Shown piece by piece: positions 28,056-37,553 of a stretch of DNA of 38,104 bases. Positions within the stretch are counted from its first letter, which is position 1, and the number at the start of each line of letters is the position of its first letter. The notes beneath the pieces are model-generated. The model did no database searches, was not told the DNA's origin, and saw only the letters and a program-made list of their open reading frames with translations. Origin of the DNA: a virus; UHGV virus genome UHGV-0241771, one strand, 5' to 3'. The translations under genes were made by a program, and so were the position numbers.

Positions 28056-28441
28056 TGACTACATTGACCATTACCTTGCCCCACACGCCGCGCTGCCTGT
28101 CCCCGAATGCGAAGGCCCCTCTCACTCCGAGGGGGGCCATTGTGGCAAACAAGAAGAAGGTGTCTGCCAAACAACGTGCCCGGACGATGGCGTGGGCAAT
28201 CACTTGGGAAGCCCTGAAAGGACAGAAGTTTGTACCCACTCACTACCGGGTAATCTGGTATTTCAAGGGAGACCCGCCCGATGATGATAATGTCCTGACG
28301 CGCTGTAAATATTATAAGGACGGAGCGTGCAAGGCCATGAAGATTGACGACGGCCCCCTGCGTTGCCTGGGGATTGACCGCGTACATGATCTTACCCGCG
28401 CCGGACAGGTGGAAATCGTGTTTGAAAGGAGGGAGCAATGA
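28052..28441 (+). CDS. rusA: RusA Holliday-junction resolvase
   Basis: GGAGG SD. TLTITLPHTP... DDDN ... DDGPL pattern parallels E. coli RusA ITLPWPPS ... DLDN ... DDAQV. Confidence 0.8.
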   Translation: MMTTLTITLPHTPRCLSPNAKAPLTPRGAIVANKKKVSAKQRARTMAWAITWEALKGQKFVPTHYRVIWYFKGDPPDDDNVLTRCKYYKDGACKAMKIDDGPLRCLGIDRVHDLTRAGQVEIVFERREQ

Positions 28442-30132
28442 ACCTCCTGTACATTGACCTGTTTTGCGGAGCCGGTGGAGTGACGACGGGCATTTCTCAG
28501 GTTCCCGGTGTACATGTCGTGGCCTGTGTGAACCACGATGCCGATGCGATTGCCTCCCATGCCGCCAACCACCCGCGCACCCTCCATTACACCGAGGACA
28601 TCAGGACGCTGGACACCGCGCCAATGGTTTCCCGGCTGGAAACGATGCGGGCACGGTACCCGTGGGCAAAAACCGTCCTTTGGGCCTCCTGCGAATGTAC
28701 CAATTTCAGTAGGGCGAAGGGAGGAAAGCCGCGCGATCCTGACAGTAGAAGCCTCGCAGAGCACCTTTACCGTTACATTGAAGCTCTTGAACCGGACTAC
28801 ATCCAGATTGAAAATGTGACCGAATTCCTCGAATGGGGGCCGTTAATTGAACAGGACGGTCAACTGATGCCGGATCCCGACCGGAAAGGAGACTCTTTCC
28901 GCGAGTGGTTTTCCCACATTGAAGGGATGGGCTACAAGGGCGGTTGGCGCATCTTCAATTCCGCCGACTTCGGGGCGTACACCTCCCGAACCCGCTTGTT
29001 CATCCAATTCGCCCGGACAGGCTTTGCCCTGGCATGGCCGAAGCCGTTCCTCCGGCGTGAAAACTGGAAAGCGTGCCGTGAAGTTCTGGACCTGAACGAT
29101 TTTGGTAAATCCATTTTCACAAGGAAGAAACCCCTTTGCGACAATACGCTGCGGCGGCTCACGGAGGGAATCAGGAAGTTTGCAAATCCTCAATTCGTCT
29201 TCCGCTACATGACCGGCCCGGGGCATGTACACTCCCCGGAGAAACCATGCGTTACCCTGTGTACGCAGAAGAACCTGTACCTGGCAGCCGGGAAGTTCAT
29301 GACCAGATACTTTTCCGGCAAGGGGCACAACACTTCTCTTGACGGCCCCTGCGGAACACTGACAACCATTCCCCACCAGTACCCCGTTACGGTGACTTTC
29401 ATGGACAATTACTTCGGCAACGGCTATCCGACCTCCATCGACGAACCGTGCGGAACTCTCTGCACCAAGCAGCAACGGTTCCCGGTCACGGCAATCTTCC
29501 TGGCAAACTACTATTCCGGAGGCGGCCAGCTTACCAGCACGGAATCCCCGTGCCCGACGCTGACGACCACCCCCAAGCCCCGAGTGGTCCGCTGCCAGTT
29601 CCTGGACCAGCAATACAGCCAGAGCGGCCCGGCATCCCTGGATTGTCCGTTTCCCACCATCACGACCAACCTCCACCACGGGGTTGTCACGGCATCCTAC
29701 ATCCGCGCCATGATGCGCCCCAAGGCCAAGGGACTTGTCCATTCCGTGGACGAACCCATGAAGACCCTGCTGACGAGGGATTATTTTTACCTGGACACCT
29801 GCCGTTATTCCTACATGGGATGCCCGATTTACAACCAGCCCGCGCCCGGAGACACGAAAGCCATGCTTGAACTCAAGGCGGCCATGCGGGAACGGGGGAT
29901 TTCCGACATCTACATGCGCCCGATCAGCGTCCGGGAAAGTCTGCGGATTATGGGATTCCCCGAGGACTACCGTCTTTACGGCACGCAGACCCAGCAGCGG
30001 AAATGGATTGGAAATGCCGTTGAGGTGAAAATGGCCCGGAACATGGCCCAGGCATTGGCCGATTCCATGCCCGGTGCTGTGGAAGTCCACGGTAGGCAAA
30101 TGGCTTTTGAATTCAGAAAGGAGGCAAGTTGA
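28438..30132 (+). CDS. Orphan DNA (cytosine-5) methyltransferase with enlarged target-recognition region containing five tandem ~33-aa repeats
   Basis: Motif I DLFCGAGG, motif VI IQIENV, motif VIII SRTRLF, motif X IGNAV. The catalytic region reads SCEC instead of the canonical PCQ. Repeats xPCxTLTT x5 at 29221-29740. No restriction-endonuclease gene adjacent. Confidence 0.75.
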   Translation: MNLLYIDLFCGAGGVTTGISQVPGVHVVACVNHDADAIASHAANHPRTLHYTEDIRTLDTAPMVSRLETMRARYPWAKTVLWASCECTNFSRAKGGKPRDPDSRSLAEHLYRYIEALEPDYIQIENVTEFLEWGPLIEQDGQLMPDPDRKGDSFREWFSHIEGMGYKGGWRIFNSADFGAYTSRTRLFIQFARTGFALAWPKPFLRRENWKACREVLDLNDFGKSIFTRKKPLCDNTLRRLTEGIRKFANPQFVFRYMTGPGHVHSPEKPCVTLCTQKNLYLAAGKFMTRYFSGKGHNTSLDGPCGTLTTIPHQYPVTVTFMDNYFGNGYPTSIDEPCGTLCTKQQRFPVTAIFLANYYSGGGQLTSTESPCPTLTTTPKPRVVRCQFLDQQYSQSGPASLDCPFPTITTNLHHGVVTASYIRAMMRPKAKGLVHSVDEPMKTLLTRDYFYLDTCRYSYMGCPIYNQPAPGDTKAMLELKAAMRERGISDIYMRPISVRESLRIMGFPEDYRLYGTQTQQRKWIGNAVEVKMARNMAQALADSMPGAVEVHGRQMAFEFRKEAS

Positions 30133-30133
30133 T

Positions 30134-31147
30134 ATGCCAACACGATTGATCAGAGATGCTATTTTGACATCAGGGCGCGTCGCCTCCCTTTCGTGGGAAG
30201 CGGAGGTGTTCTACCGACGCCTGATGTCTGTGGCAGACGATTACGGCCTTTATGACGCCAGGACGCCTATTCTCCGTTCTGCGCTGTATCCTCTCCAACT
30301 CGACAAGATGAGCGAGTGCAATATTCAACGCTGCCTCTCCGCGTGTGAGGCCGCGGGGCTTATTCTGCTTTATTCTCACAATGAGAAGCCATACTTGATG
30401 ATTCTGGGGTTCGACCAGCAGGGGAAGTCCATGCCCAAATGGCCGCTTCCGAACGGTTACGAAGTGCTGAAAGTTTCCGACAAGAAGTACGAACTGCGGA
30501 AATTCGTAACAGGTCGTAACGATTCGCCTCAACCCGTTACTTATGCGAATGCGTATTCGGATGCGAATGCGAAGACGAATAAACAAGAAAATAATGCAGG
30601 GGGAGATAACACGGTGGTTTTTAGCGAGCCGCCCACTGATCCTGCCTCCCCTATCCCGAACCGGGAACGCTTGAACGACGTCCGGGGGATGCGCTGCGCC
30701 GACAACCATGCAGACCTGGGATCTTCTCCCGGTGCTGCCCGGTTTGTGGTTGCCACCCTTGCAATCAACCCATCCTGGTCCCGGACTTTGCCAACCGCCC
30801 TTGAGCAGGCCGCCGCGCTTGAGGCTTACCGGTCCGCGCAGGGGCGGGTGACGCCGCGGGATATGGAGATGCTCAAGGCTTACTACGCCAGCGGCTTGAC
30901 GCATGACCGGAGCAATAAGGCTTTTTGGCGTCCGGACAGCCGTAAAAAGTTTTGGGAGTGCTTCGGCGACGTTTTGACGCATGCCGACAGGTGGGCTAAG
31001 GAGACGCGTTGGAAGCCCGTCTCCGCCCGCAAGAAACCGAAACTCGAAGAACCACGGCAGCCGGAAGGGCCCGTTGTGGATACCGACACGGCGGCGAAAG
31101 AACTGCGAGAATGGAGACAAGAATTAGGATTGGGAGGTGAGGCATGA
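30134..31147 (+). CDS. Phage replication initiation/organizer protein (wHTH N-terminal domain)
   Basis: AGGAGG SD. The N-terminus (FYRRLMSVADDYGLYDARTPILRSALYPL...AAGLILLY) resembles DnaD/Lin1244-like N-terminal domains of phage replication proteins. Low-complexity linker encoded by a GCGAATGCG DNA repeat. Confidence 0.4.
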   Translation: MPTRLIRDAILTSGRVASLSWEAEVFYRRLMSVADDYGLYDARTPILRSALYPLQLDKMSECNIQRCLSACEAAGLILLYSHNEKPYLMILGFDQQGKSMPKWPLPNGYEVLKVSDKKYELRKFVTGRNDSPQPVTYANAYSDANAKTNKQENNAGGDNTVVFSEPPTDPASPIPNRERLNDVRGMRCADNHADLGSSPGAARFVVATLAINPSWSRTLPTALEQAAALEAYRSAQGRVTPRDMEMLKAYYASGLTHDRSNKAFWRPDSRKKFWECFGDVLTHADRWAKETRWKPVSARKKPKLEEPRQPEGPVVDTDTAAKELREWRQELGLGGEA

Positions 31148-31452
31148 AGCAGTCGGAGTTAAAATTGATGTCTATCATGTCTGCTGCTTTTTCACGGCTG
31201 AAAATGTCTCCGGTTCAGATAGCCATTCTTTCCTGTATCGGTCTTAATCCCGGCATTCGGTTCGGAGAAATTGCCAACCGCGTTTCCGTATCTTCCAGCC
31301 GTCTGTGCTTTCACTTGAATACCCTTTGCGGTGCAGGAGACGTTTCTACCTCCCAATATGGTGGCAGATTCAAAAAAGGTTATTTCCTCACGGCACAAGG
31401 GCGTAAACGATTGGAAGACGCGATCACACGAACGATGAAAGATCATGCCTAA
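31144..31452 (+). CDS. Winged-HTH transcriptional regulator (MarR/ArsR-like)
   Basis: PVQIAILSCIGLNPGIRFGEIANRVSVSSSRLCFHLNTL HTH-wing pattern. ATGA overlaps. Confidence 0.45.
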   Translation: MKQSELKLMSIMSAAFSRLKMSPVQIAILSCIGLNPGIRFGEIANRVSVSSSRLCFHLNTLCGAGDVSTSQYGGRFKKGYFLTAQGRKRLEDAITRTMKDHA

Positions 31453-32041
31453 GAGAGATAAAACATCTATTGCCACAGAGAAGAAGAAGGAATTTGCCAG
31501 GCTCTTGGTTGAGTCAAAATTGTCCAAAGCGGACGCATATCGTAAAGCTTACAAGCGCAAGGACATGAGTAATGACGCGGCCAGTAAGGCGGCTTCTCGT
31601 TTGTCCAAAGATGGCGAAATTTTGCGAATGATTGATGAATTGAATGCCCAGTTGGACAGATCAGCGATTGCCACCAAGCAGGAATGCCTTGAGTTTCTTA
31701 CTGCTGTGTTGCGTACACCGATTGGACAAGTTGGGGAAGATTCGCCACTGTGCCAGGAGATTGCTTACACGGATTCCGGGATGCGTAAAAAGATGCCTGG
31801 AAAGATTGAGGCAGTCAGGGAGCTTTCCAAGCTGGCCGGATATAATGAGCCGGAGAAGTTGGAGGTTGGCGGCTTGTCGCAGATTGCCGAGGTGCTTGCC
31901 GGAACGAAGCAGGACCCTCTTGTGCGGCCTGATAATGGCAATCCTGCTCCGATTGAGTTTGACGGGATAGAGACTGTCCAGGAAGACAAAGAACGCCGCC
32001 CAGGGGTACTGGACGGCGTGGGGAATGAACCGTTGGTTTAA
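31445..32041 (+). CDS. Terminase small subunit
   Basis: N-terminus KKKEFARLLVESKLSKADAYRKAYKRKDMSNDAASKAASRLSKDGEILRMIDE fits the Terminase_2-type small subunit HTH region. Confidence 0.6.
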   Translation: MPKRDKTSIATEKKKEFARLLVESKLSKADAYRKAYKRKDMSNDAASKAASRLSKDGEILRMIDELNAQLDRSAIATKQECLEFLTAVLRTPIGQVGEDSPLCQEIAYTDSGMRKKMPGKIEAVRELSKLAGYNEPEKLEVGGLSQIAEVLAGTKQDPLVRPDNGNPAPIEFDGIETVQEDKERRPGVLDGVGNEPLV

Positions 32042-33006
32042 ACGGCTATTTCACATGATTCCAGACTTGGATTGCTTTTCAAATTCATTTCATTTTGAAG
32101 AAATTGCATATCATCTTCTGATACTCTTTCGATCAAATCATTCTTTTCAAACAAACCTTTATTCAAAAGGTAATTTGTTATGTTATCATATTTTAAAATT
32201 ACTCCCGAAAGATATATTGTGTCCCAATCTTTTTCTGAAAACATATTTTTTATTATATATAAATATTTCTCTTTTTGTTTATCGTTTAAACATTTTTCAT
32301 CTATAACCAATAAAATAAAATTGTATGTAGAATCAATCCATGGCCTAATTGTCAGAATGATAGAAACAATGTAAGCAATACACTCTAAACTATTACAAGT
32401 CACATTTTCATCTTTGTTAAATTTAAATGATTCAATTTCTTTTATATTATTCTTTATATCAACAAAGAACGAACCAAGCATTTCTATAAAATAATCAATA
32501 GCCGAACTAAAATCGCCCCAATTTGTCTTAACTTCTTTCGGAATATTTTTTATAAAAGCAATATGTTGATAGAAAAAACTTTCAAACTGTTGAATTTTCA
32601 TTAACTTATTTTGAAGTTCAAATTCATTAGCCTGTCTTTCCTGTTCCCTGCATTGAGCCTTCAATTCCCTGCGCTGCAAACTCAATTCCCTTCTTTGAAG
32701 TTGAAGCTCCAAACGCTGCTGATAAAGGGCATAAATGAAACAAATGAAAGCGAATCCAGCAAACAAGGCATTTAATCCTCCGTACATATCCCCACTGATT
32801 CCGAGATGAGATGACGATGGAAAATCAATTTTGCCCAGTCCCCAGCCTACCACTTTGAGGACAAACCACGTAATGAAAGGCCACATAATAAAGAGCCCGA
32901 AAACTATAAAGGACAAGCAACACACCCAATTCCTCTTTGATCGTTTCTTTTTTGAAGAAGCTTCTTGATCTGCCATAGAGGAAAATGTAACCCTTTCATA
33001 TTTCAC
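32038..33006 (-). CDS. Low-GC membrane protein (2 TM) with coiled-coil and ~200-aa C-terminal domain; antisense moron between terS and the tail gene
   Basis: ~33% GC versus ~56% in flanks. Opposite strand to all neighbours. TM helices VCCLSFIVFGLFIMWPFITWFVLKVVGW and LNALFAGFAFICFIYALY. QRLELQLQRRELSLQRRELKAQ coiled coil. Confidence 0.5.
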   Translation of the reverse strand: MKYERVTFSSMADQEASSKKKRSKRNWVCCLSFIVFGLFIMWPFITWFVLKVVGWGLGKIDFPSSSHLGISGDMYGGLNALFAGFAFICFIYALYQQRLELQLQRRELSLQRRELKAQCREQERQANEFELQNKLMKIQQFESFFYQHIAFIKNIPKEVKTNWGDFSSAIDYFIEMLGSFFVDIKNNIKEIESFKFNKDENVTCNSLECIAYIVSIILTIRPWIDSTYNFILLVIDEKCLNDKQKEKYLYIIKNMFSEKDWDTIYLSGVILKYDNITNYLLNKGLFEKNDLIERVSEDDMQFLQNEMNLKSNPSLESCEIAV

Positions 33007-33040
33007 CTGTCAACGTATTTCACCAATCTGATCATTGCCG

Positions 33041-33068
33041 ATTTACTCAAGTTACGGTTGTATTCATC
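33041..33068 (+). promoter_or_regulatory. Conserved 28-bp element, copy 2, upstream of the gp12-like gene
   Basis: ATTTacTCAAGTTACGGTTGTATTCATC, 26/28 identical to 3621..3648. Sits in the divergent region between the low-GC moron and the gp12-like gene. Confidence 0.5.
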
Positions 33069-33096
33069 CTCCGGCGTTTTGTTGTAATGATGGTAC

Positions 33097-35922
33097 ATGA
33101 TTCGATGCGCTTTCAACGGAGGTGAGCTTTCTCCTACTTCCGCCGTCCGGGCGGATTTAGATAATTTTCACCGTGGGGCTTCCAGAATTGAGAATCTGGA
33201 CCTGGGCCAGATGGGCGGCGTTTCTCGGCGCCGCGGGTTCCGGCGCGTGGCTGCCGCTTTGGAGGGTTCCGTGATTTTGCCTTATGTTTATTCCACCAAT
33301 GACCGTTTTCTTGTGGAGGTATCCCCTTCCCTGCTGCGCGTGTTGTCCGTTGAGGGGGATGTAGTTGCCTCCCTGCCTTCCGTGTGGACCCAGGACGATG
33401 TTTCCTCTTTGCGCCACAAGCAGGTGAACAGCATGTTGTTTCTGGCCTGCCCCACGCATGAGCTGATGGTGCTGAGACGGGATGACGAGGGCGCGTTTTC
33501 CCTGGCTCCCTATGAGTTTAAGGCCCGCCCCTGGCGGTATGAGGAGTTCCGGGATTTTCCGGTGCGCCTGACGTTGGATGAGGGGTGTTACAGGGTGTCT
33601 TTCGGGGATCATGCGTCCGATCCGGATGCGGCGGTTAACGAGGGGGATGTGATGCGCGTCCAGGTGACGGTGCCCCAGCAGACCGGGTTCAGCACGGGGG
33701 CCGTGGTTCGCCAAGGTTGGGTGATTGCCAAGGCGTTTACGGCAGCCAGCACTTTCACGGCTGGGAAAAAGCTCTGCCTCAATGAGGGGAGTTATTGGTC
33801 CTGGTGGACGTGCGACAGGGATTTTAACGGGGCGGCGGATTTTGTGGATGGCCTGACGTCTCCGGCGGATTATCCGGAGCATTTTCATAAGGGTGTGATT
33901 TGCCATTCCAATACGATTACCTGCAAGGGGACCTGGACGTTTTATTGTTATAAGGAGTGGTACGGCACGTATGCCGTGGAGCGGCGTTTCCCGAATGAGG
34001 ATTGGCAGCTGCTTGGTACGTCCAATTCCCCGGTGGGGGCCGCTTCCAATTTGCAGCTGACCGGGGACGAGGCGGGGGAGGAGTGTTATTTACGCCTGAT
34101 GTTGTATGAGTCCCAGCTTTCCAACGGTTCCGATCCCAGCCAGGGGTTTCCGGCTGATTCCTGCGGGAATAAGCTGGTGGTGGATGCTTATAAGAAGGAT
34201 GTGGTGCTGCGGCTGCATTCCCTGTCTACCAGCGACGTGCGCAAGTTGACGCTGCCTTTGGGGAGTGATTTTTGCGATTTTTTCGAGAAGAAGGGCCTGC
34301 CGGTTTTTTCCGCATTGTTGGTTGATGGGGCCAAGGTGGACGGCGGATTTGAGGTGTCCAGGGAGGGACGGATGCTGACGGTGAAGCCCGATGGGTTGAC
34401 GACGGATGATGTCGGCGCCGGGAGCATGGTGCGCCTGGAATGGGAGCAGGCAGAGGTGAATTTGGACCGGTTTGCGGAGGGGTCGATTGAGATGTATCGA
34501 TTTTTTCTGCCAGCGGGTACAGTCGTGTCGATGCAGGGGTTTGTCTGCGTTTATGCAGGACAGACGATTCGACTGAATTCGACGTTGAATGTGTGTTCTT
34601 TTTGCGAGGGTAATGGCGGTTCTTATTCGTTGAGGTCTGTGTTTTCCACGATGGAGAAGGCGTCTTTTACGGTTCTGGAGGACGGGGTTTATGTGGTGAG
34701 GATGGAGACCTGGACCGGAGGTTCCGTCAGTCAACGGGCCAGAGCGCAGCTGGAGGTGCCGGCCTGTACGGCATGGATGGAGGCGGAGGTGACCGAGGTG
34801 ACGGCTTCCGCGGAGTATTCTCTTTGGGATAATGTGTCCGCGGTTCCGGAGGGTGTACCCCCGTCCGAGGAGTCGTTGATGTGGAGTTTCGCGGCGTTCC
34901 GGGGGGTGTACGGGTTTCCTTCCCTGGTGGATGTGTTTCAGCAGCGCCTGGTGCTGGCCGCTACGCAGGCCCAGCCGCAGACGGTGTGGTTGAGCAAGAC
35001 GGATGACCTCAACAGTTTCGAGGTAGGGAAGCAGGATGATTCCGCGCTGGCTTTGACGTTGAGCACCACAACGCAGAACAGGATTTGCTGGCTGATGGCG
35101 CAGAGTTCCCGGCTGCTGTTGGGGACGGCGGACGCGGAGTGGGCGGTGTCCGGCGGCCAGGGGGTGATGACTTACGCCAATGCGCGGGCGGATAATCACG
35201 GGTTTGTGGGTTCTTCCGATGTACCGGCCCTGATGGCGACCGATAAGGTGCTGTATGTGGAGAGGGGCGGCGGACGGGTGTATCAGTACGGGTATGATTA
35301 CGAGAGCGACGGGTTTGTGTCCCGCGATTTGACGGTGTTTTCCGATCATGTGCTGGCCGACGGCGGTGGGTGCCGGGGTGTTGCTTTTGTGCGCAAGCCG
35401 GAGCCGCGGGCGGTGTTTGTACGCCGGGACGGGGCACTGGCGCTGATGACTTATAATAGCATGCACCAGGTGCATGCCTGGCACCGGTACACGACAGAAG
35501 GAGTGTTCGAGGGGGTAGCCGTTTTGCCCAATGGGGATCAGGCGGATTTGCTGTTTGCCCTGGTGGAGCGGGAGGATGGACGGTTTATTGAGGTGCTGGC
35601 GCCGGGTAATGAGTTTCAGGATCCAGGAGGTAGGGATTTTGTGTCTGTGTTAGAGACTAACGCCCTGATTTCTCTTGAAGCTGCTGGACGCCGCCAGCAT
35701 AGCGGCGGAGTGATGTTTTTCTTTGGCTCTGATGCACTGGTGGATGGTGTTGAGGTAAGCATCGACGGAACCCGCTGGGATGTACTGGACCGTTCCCCGT
35801 CTTCGTTTTTAACAAGGGGATGGCATTCTCTAGTTTCTGATGGATGCTGGAATTACGATTCCATGGTGGGCATCCGCGTTTCCGGCAACCGCGATTTCAA
35901 TTTATTAGCTATTCAGGCATAA
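33097..35922 (+). CDS. Tail tubular protein B / nozzle, T7 gp12-like (941 aa)
   Basis: The N-terminus (FNGGELSP...ADLDNFHRGASRIENLDLGQMGGVSRRRG) parallels T7 gp12 (LKGGISQQPDILRYPDQGSRQVNGWSSETEGLQKRPP). Size class and beta-rich composition fit. Confidence 0.45.
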   Translation: MIRCAFNGGELSPTSAVRADLDNFHRGASRIENLDLGQMGGVSRRRGFRRVAAALEGSVILPYVYSTNDRFLVEVSPSLLRVLSVEGDVVASLPSVWTQDDVSSLRHKQVNSMLFLACPTHELMVLRRDDEGAFSLAPYEFKARPWRYEEFRDFPVRLTLDEGCYRVSFGDHASDPDAAVNEGDVMRVQVTVPQQTGFSTGAVVRQGWVIAKAFTAASTFTAGKKLCLNEGSYWSWWTCDRDFNGAADFVDGLTSPADYPEHFHKGVICHSNTITCKGTWTFYCYKEWYGTYAVERRFPNEDWQLLGTSNSPVGAASNLQLTGDEAGEECYLRLMLYESQLSNGSDPSQGFPADSCGNKLVVDAYKKDVVLRLHSLSTSDVRKLTLPLGSDFCDFFEKKGLPVFSALLVDGAKVDGGFEVSREGRMLTVKPDGLTTDDVGAGSMVRLEWEQAEVNLDRFAEGSIEMYRFFLPAGTVVSMQGFVCVYAGQTIRLNSTLNVCSFCEGNGGSYSLRSVFSTMEKASFTVLEDGVYVVRMETWTGGSVSQRARAQLEVPACTAWMEAEVTEVTASAEYSLWDNVSAVPEGVPPSEESLMWSFAAFRGVYGFPSLVDVFQQRLVLAATQAQPQTVWLSKTDDLNSFEVGKQDDSALALTLSTTTQNRICWLMAQSSRLLLGTADAEWAVSGGQGVMTYANARADNHGFVGSSDVPALMATDKVLYVERGGGRVYQYGYDYESDGFVSRDLTVFSDHVLADGGGCRGVAFVRKPEPRAVFVRRDGALALMTYNSMHQVHAWHRYTTEGVFEGVAVLPNGDQADLLFALVEREDGRFIEVLAPGNEFQDPGGRDFVSVLETNALISLEAAGRRQHSGGVMFFFGSDALVDGVEVSIDGTRWDVLDRSPSSFLTRGWHSLVSDGCWNYDSMVGIRVSGNRDFNLLAIQA

Positions 35923-37553
35923 TGGATAATAATATAGAGATTCTAAAAGAACGACTTTCCGAACGCGTGTGGAGATTAAATCACCTTTACTGGATTATCA
36001 ATAAAGAGGGCAAGATGCAAAGGTTCCAATTGAATTGGGCCCAGCGGCGGCTTCATGAGCAGTTATGGTACAGGAATGATATTCTGAAAGCGCGCCAGCT
36101 GGGAATTTCCACGTATGTGGCCATGCTGATGCTGGACATGTGCCTGTTCCGATCCAATTTCCATTGCGGCATCATTGATAAGACTTTGGTGGATGGGACT
36201 GGCAAGATTGGCAAAATTGAGTTGGCTTACAGGAGTTTGGATTATGTACCGGATGCTCCCACGGAAGAAGACGTTGCCCTGGCCGAATTAGGACGCCTCA
36301 TTAAAGGGGAGATTCAAGCCAGACCTTCCAAAACGACGGTATCTTTTTCCAATGGGAGTAAAATTACAGCCGGCACATCTCTCCGTGGCGGCACATTTCA
36401 GTTTTTGCATGTCTCGGAACTTGGATACGTCGCGGCCCACGCCCCTCTGCGGGCCCGCGAGATTGTGACAGGGGCCATGAATGCCGTTTCCAAAGATGGA
36501 GTGATTGTTCGGGAATCCACCCATGAGGGAGGAAAGTTTGGCCTGAATTACGAGATGACCAAGACGTCCATGGAAATGGTCGGCAAACATCTTTCTTCCC
36601 TGGATTGGAAATTTTTTTTCTTCCCCTGGTGGAAAAATCCGGAGTATTTCCTTGAGGCTGATGATGAACAGGGAGGCGGTTTTCCGGAGGATTTGCAAAA
36701 GTATTTCGAGGATTTGAGGTTAAGGTGCGGTATTTCCCTGAATGATGCCCAAAAGCGTTGGTACGCCTCCCAATACAAGACATTTGGAGGATTGGTCCGT
36801 CAGGAATATCCTTCTACACCGGAAGAGGCGTTTCAGTCATTGGTGGAAGGATCTATTTATGGCTCATACATTGATATGTTGAGATCCAAAGGGAGGTTGT
36901 GCGGAGAATTTGAAAAGGACGACCTGGCTCCCTATTACGTGTCCTGGGATATTGGCATGGCTGATTATATGGTTCTCTGGCTCTGGCAGGTGAGGGGAGA
37001 CGGCAAGTTTTACGTGATGGATTGCTTGCAGGCCAATGAAAAGCCCTTGGAGTGGTATATCAATTTCATCCGAACGAAGTGGGAAGTGATGTTTGGACCC
37101 ATTTACAAACATCTGGTTCCCCACGACGCAGGGAGGAGAGATCCCCACGGGATTACCTTTGACGTGTATTTGAGGCGAGCAGGGTTCAATGTGTCCGTAG
37201 TGCCGCGCATTTCCGATGTGTGGAATGGTATTTTTGCGGTACGGCGCCTCCTGAATCATTGCATTTTTCATGAGCGATGCTCCCGGCCCCTGAAAATTGA
37301 CGGAGTGGAATATATGTCTGGCGTAAATGCCCTGGAGAATTATCAGAAGGCCCCGGCAGGAGCACATGGTGTTGAACGGGATACCCCCTTGCATAATAGG
37401 TGTTCTCACGCAGCGGACGCCTTTAGGACATTTGCGGAAGCTTATGAAAATGGCCTTGTTGGAGCAGTTGGAGCCGTTGCCATGCCTGCACAAGCGGTAG
37501 AATCACGCCAGACACAAGGACTTGCCATAGGCGCGGATGCGCTCTTTTTCTAA
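35923..37553 (+). CDS. Terminase large subunit
   Basis: ATPase motif ILKARQLGISTYVAML. Nuclease acidic residues in VSWDIGMADYMVLWL, LVPHDAGRRD and HAADAF. Immediately follows the gp12-like stop (TAATG). Confidence 0.8.

Noticed and set aside
28843-30099. 418-aa minus ORF antisense to the methyltransferase; also 34090..35484 antisense to the gp12-like gene, 26161..26928 antisense to recT, and 26964..27920 antisense to the nuclease
   Set aside because: Shadow ORFs. The sense strands carry canonical MTase, RecT and nuclease motifs, and the antisense products are low-complexity.
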